64,000 nt of DNA, from the NCBI GenBank assembly GCA_003209955.1, contig QCOD01000002.1, positions 603 through 64,602 of the forward strand, in the 5' to 3' direction. The position numbers were made by a program, and so were the translations under genes. This document shows, in pieces, positions 1 through 10,369 of the stretch; position 1 is the stretch's first letter, and each line of letters starts with the position of its first letter. The notes under the pieces are model-generated. The model saw only the letters and a list, made by a program, of their open reading frames with translations. It had not been told where the DNA came from and made no database searches. Source of the stretch: OCS116 cluster bacterium AG-430-B22 (GTDB lineage Bacteria; Pseudomonadota; Alphaproteobacteria; MED-G09).

Positions 1-2
1 AA

Positions 3-770
3 ACTAGAGCAAAATTAAATGGCAATAACTATGAAGTTACCGGCAATAAAACGTGGATTACACATGGCGCTAGAGCAAATTTAATGACTATGCTCGTCAG
101 AACAAAAAAAGACATAAAAGATCATAATGGTTTATCAATTCTATTAGCCGAAAAAACTTCCGGAACGGAAGATAATCCATTTCCAGATCAGAATATTAAA
201 GGTGGCGAGATAGAAGTAATTGGTTATAGAGGAATGAAAGAATATGATATTGCCTTTGAAAGATATGAAGTACCATCGTCTCATCTTCTTGGTCAAAAAG
301 AAGGTCAAGGATTTAGACAATTGATGTCAACATTTGAGTCTGCAAGGATACAAACTGCTGCTAGAGCATTAGGAGTTTCACAAAATGCCTGTGATTTGGC
401 TCTAAAATACTCACAGGAAAGAGTTCAATTTGGTAAAGAGTTGATAAATTTCTCACGAATTAGTGAAAAAATAGCAGCAATGTTTGCTGAAACTATGATA
501 GCTAGACAACTGACTTTATATGCGGCAAGGATTAAAGACACAGGGCAAAGATGTGATATGGAAGCAGGAATGTCGAAGCTATTAGCTGCAAGGACTGCTT
601 GGGCTTCAGCTGATGGTGCTCTTCAGGTTCATGGTGGGATTGGATTTGCAAGCGAAACACCTATAAGTAGGATACTAGCGGATTCAAGAATCTTAAGTAT
701 TTTTGAAGGTACCGCAGAAATACAAGCACAAGTAATTGCAAAAAGACTTTTTGAAAGTAATAATAGATAA
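3..770 (+). CDS. mcd: Acyl-CoA dehydrogenase, (2S)-methylsuccinyl-CoA dehydrogenase-like; 5' truncated by the window edge
   Basis: The frame is open from base 3 (TRAKLNGNNYEVTGNKTWITHGARANLM...). Motifs GGEIEVIGYRGMKEY, FESARIQTAARA and IFEGTAEIQAQVIA resemble Rhodobacter Mcd of the ethylmalonyl-CoA pathway. Confidence 0.75.
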   Translation, partial: TRAKLNGNNYEVTGNKTWITHGARANLMTMLVRTKKDIKDHNGLSILLAEKTSGTEDNPFPDQNIKGGEIEVIGYRGMKEYDIAFERYEVPSSHLLGQKEGQGFRQLMSTFESARIQTAARALGVSQNACDLALKYSQERVQFGKELINFSRISEKIAAMFAETMIARQLTLYAARIKDTGQRCDMEAGMSKLLAARTAWASADGALQVHGGIGFASETPISRILADSRILSIFEGTAEIQAQVIAKRLFESNNR

Positions 771-827
771 TTATTATAAATTTTTGAAAAATGATTTATG
801 TTTAATATTCTTTTTCGCGAGACAAAA

Positions 828-1340
828 ATGATTACAAAAAAAATATTTAAAATTGCTCTAATTTCCTTATTCCTGCCCATAAGTTTTTTGCAAGGAGCAG
901 AATATCGTATTGGTTTATCAATGCACGATGTTGAGAGAAGAGTTGAGGGAGGCCCTGCTTTATCTATTGAAAAAGTTTTCGATCGGCCAGAATGGTGGCA
1001 CAGATTTGCTGGCAATCCTCACATCGGAACTCAACTAAGTCTTGCAAACCATACTCACTTATTTTACGCAGGCTCAACATGGAATTTATTTAATAAAAAT
1101 AGGTTTTCTGGTGAACTCGCTTTTGGTGCAGCAATACATACAGGTAACAATGAAATAAAAGATGGTGAATTAGGATACGGTTGTAAAGTGAATTTTCGAG
1201 AACTGATAGCACTTGGTTATGATATAAACGATACTCAAAAAATTCAGCTTAGCGCACAACATATGTCTAATGGCAGTTTATGTGATCCCAATCAAGGACT
1301 TACAAGTGTTGGGTTAAGATTTGCCTGGAAACTCAATTAA
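828..1340 (+). CDS. Acyloxyacyl hydrolase / PagL-like outer-membrane beta-barrel (lipid A 3-O-deacylase family)
   Basis: Signal peptide, H-x-S-N-G motif (QHMSNG), C-terminal amphipathic beta strand. An alternative start exists at 798. Confidence 0.7.
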   Translation: MITKKIFKIALISLFLPISFLQGAEYRIGLSMHDVERRVEGGPALSIEKVFDRPEWWHRFAGNPHIGTQLSLANHTHLFYAGSTWNLFNKNRFSGELAFGAAIHTGNNEIKDGELGYGCKVNFRELIALGYDINDTQKIQLSAQHMSNGSLCDPNQGLTSVGLRFAWKLN

Positions 1341-1942
1341 TGATTCGATTAACAAAAATTTACACTAGAACAGGTGATAAAGGTGAAACAAGTCTTGGAG
1401 ATGGTTCTAGGGTTTCTAAAGAGGATAATAGAGTAGAAGCCTATGGAACAGTTGATGAGGCAAATTCAATTATTGGTCTTGTCAGAACAAAAACAAAACA
1501 AGCTGAATTGATATTATTAGATAATATTTTAGCAACAATTCAAAATGAGCTCTTTGATTTAGGAGCTGAATTATCAATTCCTATTAATAATGAAAATATG
1601 GAAATGTTAGAAAGAACTAAGATTACAGAAAAACAAATCGAAAGGTTAGAAAATGAGATTGATCAACTGAATGCTAACCTATCCGATCTTGAATCCTTTA
1701 TACTTCCTGGTGGAACATTAGCGTCTTCATACTTACATTTAGCCAGAACAGTTGTTCGCAAAGCGGAGAGATTAATGGTAAAGATGGATAACTTAGAAAA
1801 AAACTCTGTTTCTGACACAGCCCTAAAATATATTAACAGACTTTCGGATCTTCTTTTTGTAGCCGCCAGATATGCCAATCAATCTGATATTGGTGGAACA
1901 GGAGATGTTTTATGGAAACCGGGAAGCTCAAGAGAGGAGTAG
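1340..1942 (+). CDS. PduO-type ATP:cob(I)alamin adenosyltransferase
   Basis: N-terminal KIYTRTGDKGET, plus RVEAYGTVDEANS and LNRLSD-like INRLSDLLF motifs. Confidence 0.93.
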   Translation: MIRLTKIYTRTGDKGETSLGDGSRVSKEDNRVEAYGTVDEANSIIGLVRTKTKQAELILLDNILATIQNELFDLGAELSIPINNENMEMLERTKITEKQIERLENEIDQLNANLSDLESFILPGGTLASSYLHLARTVVRKAERLMVKMDNLEKNSVSDTALKYINRLSDLLFVAARYANQSDIGGTGDVLWKPGSSREE

Positions 1943-2052
1943 AGCAATACACTTAAAGAAATTACATAAACTTTTAAACTGAGTTATTGACACTTCATGT
2001 TAGGGGTTTTAATTTCCCGTTAATTTATTTTCAAATTTTTTTGGAGTTAATA

Positions 2053-2802
2053 ATGAAAATAATTGTACCTATTAAAAGGGTTGTAGACTACAACGTTAAA
2101 ATAAGAGTCAAATCTGATCAATCAGGTGTCGAACTTGATAATGTTAAGATGTCAATGAATCCATTTGATGAGATTGCTGTTGAAGAAGCAATTAGACTAA
2201 AAGAAGCTGGTACTGCTGAAGAAATTATTGCTCTTTCAATAGGACCTCAGCAAGCACAAGAAACAATTAGAACTGCTCTTGCTATGGGTGCTGATCGTGG
2301 GATTCTTATAAAATCAGATCAAAATGTTTCGCCTTTAAATGTTGCAAAAATTATAAAAGCAATAGCTGAAGAAGAAAATCCTGATTTAATAATTTTAGGA
2401 AAACAAGCAATTGATGATGATTCAAATCAAACAGGTCAAATGTTATCTGCCTTATTGGGCTGGTCTCAAGGTACATTTGCATCTGAAATTAAATTGGAAA
2501 ATGATAAATTATTAGTAACTAGAGAGGTTGATGGAGGACTACAAACAATAAAACTTAGTATGCCATCAATCGTAACTACTGATTTAAGACTTAATGAACC
2601 TAGATATGCATCACTTCCTAATATTATGAAGGCTAAGAAAAAAGAAATTACCGAAAAAAATCCTGAAGATTTAAATATTTCTATTGAACAGAATTTAGAA
2701 ATTATAAAAGTTTCAGAGCCAGTTCAAAGGGAAGCTGGTGTAAAAGTTGAAACAGTTGATGAATTAGTAGACAAATTAAAAAATGAAGCAGGAGTTATTT
2801 AA
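2053..2802 (+). CDS. etfB: Electron transfer flavoprotein beta subunit
   Basis: [43 protein letters not shown] Shine-Dalgarno before ATG 2053. Confidence 0.97.
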   Translation: MKIIVPIKRVVDYNVKIRVKSDQSGVELDNVKMSMNPFDEIAVEEAIRLKEAGTAEEIIALSIGPQQAQETIRTALAMGADRGILIKSDQNVSPLNVAKIIKAIAEEENPDLIILGKQAIDDDSNQTGQMLSALLGWSQGTFASEIKLENDKLLVTREVDGGLQTIKLSMPSIVTTDLRLNEPRYASLPNIMKAKKKEITEKNPEDLNISIEQNLEIIKVSEPVQREAGVKVETVDELVDKLKNEAGVI

Positions 2803-3731
2803 TGACAACATTATTAATTGCAGAACATGATAATAACAGTATCAGTGACTCAGTAAGGAAAGCTATTACTGCAGCCCATGAAATAGGTGAACAGGTAGAT
2901 ATATTAGTTGCTGGACAGGATTGTAATTCTGCTGCAGAAGAAGCTGCAAAAATTTCTGGAGTAAATAAAGTCTTAACTTGTGACAATGATATTTATGCAA
3001 AACATTTAGCTGAACCATATGCGGATCTAATTGTTTCTCTATCAAGTAAATATAATACTTTTATAGCCCCAGCAACAACGACGAGCAAAAATTTCATGCC
3101 AAGAGTTGCTGCTCTCCTTGATGTTCCTCAGGTTTCAGACATAATATCAGTTATTGATAGTCAGACATTTGAACATCCAATTTATGCAGGAAATGCTATT
3201 GAAACAGTAAAATTATTAGCAGAAAAAAAGGTTATTACAGTAAGAGCAACTGCTTTTCAGGCTGCTGGAGATCAAGAAGCTGTTAATATTGATGTAATCG
3301 ACTCAGCATCTAGTCCAGAATTATCTGAGTATATATCTGAAGAATTGACTGAATCAGATAGACCTGAGCTTACATCAGCTAAAATTATCATATCTGGTGG
3401 AAGAGGAATGCAATCAGGCGATAATTTTGTATTATTAGAAACTATAGCGGATAAATTAGGTGCTGCAGTTGGTGCATCGCGTGCGGCTGTTGATGCTGGA
3501 TTTGTTCCAAATGATTATCAAGTTGGTCAAACTGGCAAAGTTGTTGCCCCTGAATTATATATTGCAGTAGGAATTTCTGGAGCCATTCAACATTTAGCTG
3601 GCATGAAAGACTCGAAAATTATTGTTGCTATTAATAAAGATGAAGAAGCGCCAATTTTTCAGGTAGCAGACTATGGTTTAGTTGCAGATTTATTTAAAGC
3701 AATACCAGAGTTGGAAACAGCATTGGGTTAG
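2802..3731 (+). CDS. etfA: Electron transfer flavoprotein alpha subunit
   Basis: GASRAAVDAG, QVGQTGK, GISGAIQHLAGM. Coupled to etfB. Confidence 0.97.
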   Translation: MTTLLIAEHDNNSISDSVRKAITAAHEIGEQVDILVAGQDCNSAAEEAAKISGVNKVLTCDNDIYAKHLAEPYADLIVSLSSKYNTFIAPATTTSKNFMPRVAALLDVPQVSDIISVIDSQTFEHPIYAGNAIETVKLLAEKKVITVRATAFQAAGDQEAVNIDVIDSASSPELSEYISEELTESDRPELTSAKIIISGGRGMQSGDNFVLLETIADKLGAAVGASRAAVDAGFVPNDYQVGQTGKVVAPELYIAVGISGAIQHLAGMKDSKIIVAINKDEEAPIFQVADYGLVADLFKAIPELETALG

Positions 3732-3738
3732 TTTAAAT

Positions 3739-4296
3739 TTAAGAATTCTTTAATTTAGTAATAAATTTTATTACCTCTTTAGAATCCCATTCAAAGTCAC
3801 CATTATATCTTCCAATTTCTTTTCCATTCTTGTCAAAGAGAATTGTTATTGGTAATCCCTTTGCATTAATATGTTTTCCAACTATAGTTGTTGGATCATG
3901 GTAGTTACTTAAATTCTTTATATTAATTTCTTTAAGGAAATCATCAACTTTAGAAAAATCTGTTCTTTCAACTGATACAATAATAACCTGAAAATTTTCA
4001 TCACCCATTTCTTCCTGTAAATTATCAAGTGAAGGCATCTCTACTCTGCATGGCAAACACCATGTGGCCCAAAAATTCATCAAGATAAACTTTCCACTGA
4101 AATCGGATATGTTATACTTGTTACCTTCTGAGTCGTTAAATTCAACAATATCAAATTTTGATAATGGATCGGGCTCAGAAAGTTTAAAATGTTCTGAGTC
4201 ATTATTGAACAAACCAGTAGAATAAGAAACTATTAATAGTAAGCTGCAGGAGATGATTAACAAAAATATAATTAATTTCTTTTTTGACTTAAACAT
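3739..4296 (-). CDS. tlpA: TlpA-family thiol:disulfide oxidoreductase
   Basis: NFWATWCLPC thioredoxin motif, N-terminal membrane anchor, divergent from argH as in other Alphaproteobacteria. Confidence 0.85.
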   Translation of the reverse strand: MFKSKKKLIIFLLIISCSLLLIVSYSTGLFNNDSEHFKLSEPDPLSKFDIVEFNDSEGNKYNISDFSGKFILMNFWATWCLPCRVEMPSLDNLQEEMGDENFQVIIVSVERTDFSKVDDFLKEINIKNLSNYHDPTTIVGKHINAKGLPITILFDKNGKEIGRYNGDFEWDSKEVIKFITKLKNS

Positions 4297-4337
4297 GAGA
4301 GTTCTATAGAGAGGTTTTTTTTAAATTAAAAGTAAAT

Positions 4338-5744
4338 ATGGCAAGAAAAATACAAAAAAATAAAATGTGGGGGGGCAGATTCAATACCGATCAAGATAAA
4401 ATAATGCTTGAAATGAACTCTTCTATTGAATTCGACTATAGGCTTTATCTTGAAGATATTATTGCCTCGATTGCGCATGCAAAAATGCTGGGAAAAAAGA
4501 AGATAATTTCTTCGGTAGAATCACAAAAAATTATATCTGGTTTAAAGAAGATCAAAATTGAGTTCGAGAAGGGTATTTTTAATTTAGATCCACTTCTAGA
4601 AGATATACATATGAATATTGAAGCAAATCTTCAAAAAAAAATTGGCAATGTAGCTAAGAAACTTCATACCGGTAGATCAAGAAATGATCAGGTAGCAACT
4701 GATATGAGATTATATATGAGGAAACAATGCCAAGAAATTATAAAAAAAATTACAATGATTCAAAAAGAATTAAGTAAAAAAGCTAATAAATACTATGATT
4801 TTATTATGCCAGGATTTACTCATATGCAAATTGCTCAACCTGTTACATTTGGTCACCATCTCCTTGCTTATGTAGAAATGCTCGAGAGAGATAAAAATAG
4901 ATTTCATGATGCTTTAAAAAGGATTAATCAGAGCCCTCTTGGCGCTGCAGCATTAGCGGGTACTACCTTTCCAATTGACAGAGAAATGACATCCAAAGCT
5001 CTAGGTTTCACAAATCCTATGGCTAATTCGATTGATGCAGTTTCATCAAGAGATTTTATTATTGAACCTTTAGCCGCCGCATCAATACTTGCTTCTCATC
5101 TTTCAAGGTTTTCTGAAGAAATTATACTTTGGGTCTCTGAAGGTTTTGATTTCATTGAATTACCCGATAGCCTTGCGACAGGATCATCAATAATGCCTCA
5201 AAAGAAGAACCCTGATATTGCAGAATTAGTTAGAGGAAAGAATGGAAGAGTTATCGGCGCATTAATGTCAATTCTTGTTGTTATGAAAGGATTACCATTA
5301 GCATATTCAAAAGATCTTCAAGAAGATAAAGAATTAACATTTGATGCTATAGATAATATTTTGAATTCTCTTGAAGCAATAAATGCCATCATAAAAAAAT
5401 TAAAACCTAAAAAAGAAAATTTATCCTCTGCTGCACAGAAGAGTTACTCTACAGCTACTGATTTAGCAGATTGGCTTGTTTCTAACTTAAATATTCCTTT
5501 TAGAGAAGCTCATAAAATAACTGGAAATATAGTCAGATATTGTGAAAAAAGGAAAATTAAACTATCTGAACTAACAATAAAAGAGCTTAAAAGTTTTAAT
5601 AAAAAGATTAATGATGATATTTTTAATGTGCTGGATGCCGAACAATCTGTTAATCAAAAAAAGTCTTTTGGTAGCACATCTCCATTAATGGTAAAAAAAT
5701 CAGCAGCAAAATGGATAAAAAAACTACAGAATGAAAAAAAATAG
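4338..5744 (+). CDS. argH: Argininosuccinate lyase
   Basis: MWGGRF, LHTGRSRNDQVATD, GSSIMPQKKNPD. Confidence 0.98.
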   Translation: MARKIQKNKMWGGRFNTDQDKIMLEMNSSIEFDYRLYLEDIIASIAHAKMLGKKKIISSVESQKIISGLKKIKIEFEKGIFNLDPLLEDIHMNIEANLQKKIGNVAKKLHTGRSRNDQVATDMRLYMRKQCQEIIKKITMIQKELSKKANKYYDFIMPGFTHMQIAQPVTFGHHLLAYVEMLERDKNRFHDALKRINQSPLGAAALAGTTFPIDREMTSKALGFTNPMANSIDAVSSRDFIIEPLAAASILASHLSRFSEEIILWVSEGFDFIELPDSLATGSSIMPQKKNPDIAELVRGKNGRVIGALMSILVVMKGLPLAYSKDLQEDKELTFDAIDNILNSLEAINAIIKKLKPKKENLSSAAQKSYSTATDLADWLVSNLNIPFREAHKITGNIVRYCEKRKIKLSELTIKELKSFNKKINDDIFNVLDAEQSVNQKKSFGSTSPLMVKKSAAKWIKKLQNEKK

Positions 5745-5859
5745 CATCATAATTATCATGTTTATAATTCTATTATCTGGATGTGGCAGAAAAGGAGATT
5801 TATTGCCACCTCCGTCAAACAATATTAATCCTGTTGGAATATTCCTCGAAGGTAAGTAA
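5731..5859 (+). CDS. lptM: Small lipoprotein, LptM/YifL-like (42 aa, absent from the ORF track)
   Basis: Translated by hand: MKKNSIIIIMFIILLSG-CGRKGDLLPPP... Lipobox plus CGxKGxL motif, in the conserved position between argH and lysA. Confidence 0.8.
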   Translation: MKKNSIIIIMFIILLSGCGRKGDLLPPPSNNINPVGIFLEGK

Positions 5860-5861
5860 TT

Positions 5862-7121
5862 ATGTATTCTTACAAAAATAAAAATCTTCATTGTGAAAAT
5901 ATAAATTTAATTGAGTTGTCAAAAAAAGTTGGTTCACCATTCTATTGTTATTCTTCTAAAATACTTGAAAGTAAATATAGTGAACTTACTGATGCTTTTA
6001 AAGATGAAGACCTCCTTGTTTGTTTTTCATTAAAAGCTAATTCAAACCAATCAATTATAAAAACATTCTCTTCATTGGGCTCTGGAGCAGATGTGGTTTC
6101 AATTGGAGAGCTTAAAAGAGCTTTAAAGGCAAAAATACCGCCCAATAAAATTGTTTTTTCTGGCGTCGGTAAGAATACTGATGAAATCATATTTGCAATT
6201 AAAAATAAGATATTAATGATTAATATTGAATCTATTTCTGAGCTCAAACAAATTTCAACACAAGCAGCAAATCTAAATATGATTGCTCCAATATCACTAA
6301 GAGTTAATCCTGATATCGAAGCTGGTGGAAATGAAAAAATTTCTACCGGAAAGAAGCAAGACAAATTTGGTATTTCCATTAAAGAAGCGATTGATGTTTA
6401 TGAACTTGCGTCAAATCTAGATAATATTGAAATTAAAGGTATTGATGTGCACATTGGAAGTCAAATTAATGATTTAGAACCCTTCGAAAAAACTTTTAAT
6501 AGTATTGTTGAAACTATAACTAAATTAAAAGATAAAAATATTGATATTGATATAATCGATATAGGAGGAGGTATAGGAATTAATTATACTGATGAAAAAG
6601 CCCTTAATATTAAAGATTATGCAGCATTAGTTTCAAAAAAATTAGGATCATTAAACAAGAAGATCATAATTGAACCTGGACGATTTTTAACAGCTGAGTC
6701 AGGTATACTCGTAACAAAAATAATTTATATTAAAGAGAATGAGTCTAAAAAATTTATCATCGTTGATGCAGCTATGAATGATTTTATAAGGCCATCTTTA
6801 TATGGATCAGTGCACAATGCTCTTCCAATAATTGAAAATGATAAAGAAAGACCTATAGAAAGTTATGATGTAGTTGGACCTATCTGTGAAACAGGAGATT
6901 TTTTTATAAAAGACTTCAAAACTTCACAACTTTTAGAAAGGGATCTTTTAGCTATTACAAATGTTGGAGCTTATGGTTCTGTTTTATCATCAAATTATAA
7001 TTCGAGGCCTTCAATCGCAGAAATAATTATTAAAGATGATAGTTATTCTGTAATAAAGAAGAGGCAAGATATAGAAGAAATGATTGATCAGGATAGCTTA
7101 GCTGATTGGCAAGAGAATTAA
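5862..7121 (+). CDS. lysA: Diaminopimelate decarboxylase
   Basis: FSLKANSN (PLP lysine), HIGSQ, EPGR, VVGPICETGD. Confidence 0.97.
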   Translation: MYSYKNKNLHCENINLIELSKKVGSPFYCYSSKILESKYSELTDAFKDEDLLVCFSLKANSNQSIIKTFSSLGSGADVVSIGELKRALKAKIPPNKIVFSGVGKNTDEIIFAIKNKILMINIESISELKQISTQAANLNMIAPISLRVNPDIEAGGNEKISTGKKQDKFGISIKEAIDVYELASNLDNIEIKGIDVHIGSQINDLEPFEKTFNSIVETITKLKDKNIDIDIIDIGGGIGINYTDEKALNIKDYAALVSKKLGSLNKKIIIEPGRFLTAESGILVTKIIYIKENESKKFIIVDAAMNDFIRPSLYGSVHNALPIIENDKERPIESYDVVGPICETGDFFIKDFKTSQLLERDLLAITNVGAYGSVLSSNYNSRPSIAEIIIKDDSYSVIKKRQDIEEMIDQDSLADWQEN

Positions 7122-7801
7122 GGAATAATCTCGATCAGAACCTTATTGGCCTTCTTTGGGTAATTTATAAAATTTGTTGAAAATGGTTTTTGTTCATTCA
7201 TTTTAAAATACTCATTATTTAAAACAATAATCTCTTGCATGATAACTTTTTCATCTGGCCCTACTATTTTAACAATTATATTAGGTACAATTCTCATATA
7301 ATTTGATTGATTAATTAAAGAACCCGAAACAATTAAAGACTCTTTATTATTAATAATTGTGGCACGAGATTCTAAATTATAAATATCTATACCTCTAATA
7401 TTTATTGAGGGATCAACAAACTCTAAAACAGGTCTTAGTATAGGAAAATTTTCCAATAAGAAAATTCTATTGTACCAAACCGCCCCAAGCGATAAGAAAA
7501 AAACCAGTATTAGAATAATAGATAAAAAACTACCTTTCTCATTATCATTTTCTTTAACTGGAACAGGTAATGGATGATCTGGCTTTATATTTGGATCCAA
7601 TTTCTCATTTTTATTTTCTTTAATTACCCCTCCTTGAGAATTAATGGATTCATAAAGAGGAGGAATTTCAATAGCTTTACCTTGCGAGTTTGCTGTCCAA
7701 ATAAAATAACATTTAGAGCACTTAACTTTTCTATTTTTAGTTCCAAATTTTTCTGTGCTTACAGAAAAACTTGTATTACATGCTGGACATTGAATAATCA
7801 T
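7118..7801 (-). CDS. MJ0042-type zinc-ribbon / DUF3426 membrane protein
   Basis: N-terminal CPAC...CSKC zinc ribbon, one TM helix, periplasmic C-terminal domain, next to lysA. Confidence 0.85.
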   Translation of the reverse strand: MIIQCPACNTSFSVSTEKFGTKNRKVKCSKCYFIWTANSQGKAIEIPPLYESINSQGGVIKENKNEKLDPNIKPDHPLPVPVKENDNEKGSFLSIILILVFFLSLGAVWYNRIFLLENFPILRPVLEFVDPSINIRGIDIYNLESRATIINNKESLIVSGSLINQSNYMRIVPNIIVKIVGPDEKVIMQEIIVLNNEYFKMNEQKPFSTNFINYPKKANKVLIEIIP

Positions 7802-7825
7802 AATTTCTATATACTTCAGAAGGTA

Positions 7826-8947
7826 TTATCTATTAATTATATAGGCCTCCCCTTTTGGTCCATCCGATAATACAACCAAAGCACCATTTGTTGATGATTT
7901 TATGCTTCTAATTCTGCCTTTGATTTCATCAAAAATAATTTCTTCTTTTAATGCATTATTATCAAGAGAAATCTTTCTTATTTCACCGGGAACAAGAGAG
8001 CTTATAATTAAGTTATTATTAAATTCAGGAAACATTTCTCCATCATAAAAAATCATATCAGAGGGTGCTATTGAAGGTACCCAGTATGTTAAGGGCTGCT
8101 CCATACCAATCTTTTCCTTAAATGGAGAAATTATACTACCATTATAATCTATACCGTAAGTAATGGCTGGCCAGCCATAATTTTTACCAGCAGTAATTAA
8201 GTTAAGCTCATCACCGCCACGTGGGCCATGCTCATTAGAATATAATATATCATTTTTTGAGTCGTATGCTATTCCCTGCTGATTTCTATGACCATATGAA
8301 AAAATTTCTGGCAAAGCATTTTGTGTATTAATGTAAGGATTATCTTTTGGAATAGAGCCATCAGCATTAATACGAATAATTTTACCAAAATGATTATCAA
8401 GGTTTTGTGCATCTTCACGATAATTAAAACCATCTCCAGATGTTATTATTAATGAATTATCATTCAAAAAAACTAGCCGTGCGCCATAGTGATTTGATGA
8501 TTTTCTGTATGGCGTTGCCTCAAAAATTATTTTTTTATTTATGAGTTCGTTTCTGATTAACTCTGCACTAATAACTTTAAGGGTATTTTTATTTTTTTCA
8601 CCATATGAAAAAGAGATTAGAACAATATTATTTTTTTCAAATTCAGGATGAAGAATAATATCTGATAAACCACCTTGGCCTCTAAACAAAACATTTGGAA
8701 TTCCGTTAATATCAATAACCTCTCTAGTTTTGATATCTATTCTCTTTATTTTACCAATAAGTTCAGTAACAAGGATATCTCCATTAGGAAGTGTGGCCGA
8801 GCTCCATGGATGGTTAAAATTATGTTCAACTCTCTCAACATTATATTCTAAATTAGTTGCAATTAGAGGTCTTGCAAGAACGATAGTTACAAGAGAGATC
8901 AATATTAATATTCTATATTTATAATTTAATTTGTTTTCAATTCTCAT
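7826..8947 (-). CDS. PQQ-dependent sugar dehydrogenase (soluble GDH-B/YliI family)
   Basis: PWS...GDILVTE, GQGGLSD, YGHRNQQG, EHGPRGGDELN, NYGWP. Confidence 0.9.
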   Translation of the reverse strand: MRIENKLNYKYRILILISLVTIVLARPLIATNLEYNVERVEHNFNHPWSSATLPNGDILVTELIGKIKRIDIKTREVIDINGIPNVLFRGQGGLSDIILHPEFEKNNIVLISFSYGEKNKNTLKVISAELIRNELINKKIIFEATPYRKSSNHYGARLVFLNDNSLIITSGDGFNYREDAQNLDNHFGKIIRINADGSIPKDNPYINTQNALPEIFSYGHRNQQGIAYDSKNDILYSNEHGPRGGDELNLITAGKNYGWPAITYGIDYNGSIISPFKEKIGMEQPLTYWVPSIAPSDMIFYDGEMFPEFNNNLIISSLVPGEIRKISLDNNALKEEIIFDEIKGRIRSIKSSTNGALVVLSDGPKGEAYIINR

Positions 8948-9386
8948 TTTTAAATACCTTATTTAAGAGTAGTCCATATAAATATCCACCCAAAAGGCCG
9001 GATAAACAAAAAAGAAAAAGTCCAAGAAAAGATCTCATTCCAGCAATTAAAATAGCCCCTGTAAATACCAATGTTGTCAACTTTAGCATCACAAAAACGC
9101 TAACAAATCCTGAAATTGAATAGGATAAAGTACGTTTAATTGGAAAAAAATATCTAACAATCATAGTTATTAAAAAAGCTAAAAAAAATGTTATTAGAAT
9201 TATGACTAAAAATAAAAGGCCATTTGAAATATCTTTTAAAAGTAACTCAAAGAACATTTTGATTGAAATATCAAAACCTTGCGATATTAACCAAATTAAG
9301 TTGGCGGATAAATTAATTAATATTATAAGTGATGCCGTCAAGAGCGAAGATATTAAATAAAATATTGGTAAATAAAGAAATTTCAT
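8937..9386 (-). CDS. Hypothetical membrane protein (about 4 TM helices)
   Basis: Hydrophobic 149-aa ORF overlapping the start of the PQQ dehydrogenase gene. Confidence 0.7.
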   Translation of the reverse strand: MKFLYLPIFYLISSLLTASLIILINLSANLIWLISQGFDISIKMFFELLLKDISNGLLFLVIILITFFLAFLITMIVRYFFPIKRTLSYSISGFVSVFVMLKLTTLVFTGAILIAGMRSFLGLFLFCLSGLLGGYLYGLLLNKVFKNEN

Positions 9387-10271
9387 TTATTTTTTCCCTT
9401 GAATAAGCCAGATACCACTAAAAATAAAAGCTAATCCAATAATAATAGCAAAATTTATAGATTCATCTAACAAATAAATTCCTAAAACTAGTGCCCATAC
9501 TGGTATCAAATAATTGACCATAGACATAAATATAGGCCCTTCTAAATCAACTATTTTAAACCATACAAACGTTGCAACTCCTGTTGAAACAGCACCCAAG
9601 AGAAAAAGTAAAAGAATAGTTTTAATATCCAATGAGGCTAAATCAGGAAAAGGTTCAAAAAGAATTGCTGTGATAAAGCCAATCAAAGATGCGCTAAGTA
9701 AAGAGCCTATTGCTCTATCAGTAGGAGGTATATGAGAAATTTTTTTTGTCAATACAGTTGCTAAAGCATATGAGGAAGTTCCTAATAAAACTGCAATTTG
9801 TCCATACATAAACATAGAATTTAAATCATAAATTTCTGAATTATTTAAACCAATTAATAATATTAGGCCTAAAAAACCTAATGTTATACCTAATATTTTG
9901 ACAGAAGTAATTTCTTCATCTTTTAGAAGAAGATAAGAAAGTATAAGCGTTAATATGGGATTAATACCCATCAATATTGCTGTAAGGGAAGAAGGAATAT
10001 ACTGCTGTCCCCAGGCTATTATACTAAATGGGAAATTAAATCCCAAAAATCCAATAATAAAACTCCAGAACCAAAATTCTTTATCAAAAGTAAGAGATTT
10101 ATTTTGTAGATATAGCCAAATTATTAGAACTAATGAACCTAGTGCTATTCTACTAAACATTATCCATAATGGGCCAATAGAGATAAGAATAATCTTAATT
10201 ATCGCAAATCCTGAACCCCATACAATACCCAAAAAGAATAGCAATGATAGTGGAAGTAATTTCTTTTTCAT
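9387..10271 (-). CDS. DMT/EamA family transporter
   Basis: About 10 TM helices, IVWGSGF start motif, two EamA repeats. Confidence 0.88.
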   Translation of the reverse strand: MKKKLLPLSLLFFLGIVWGSGFAIIKIILISIGPLWIMFSRIALGSLVLIIWLYLQNKSLTFDKEFWFWSFIIGFLGFNFPFSIIAWGQQYIPSSLTAILMGINPILTLILSYLLLKDEEITSVKILGITLGFLGLILLIGLNNSEIYDLNSMFMYGQIAVLLGTSSYALATVLTKKISHIPPTDRAIGSLLSASLIGFITAILFEPFPDLASLDIKTILLLFLLGAVSTGVATFVWFKIVDLEGPIFMSMVNYLIPVWALVLGIYLLDESINFAIIIGLAFIFSGIWLIQGKK

Positions 10272-10369
10272 TTTCTACAATACAAAATTATTAACAAAAT
10301 ATTTTAAGAAAAAATTTATGATTAAAAAACTCTATGCATATATTCTTAAAAAAGTAATATTAAAGTATA

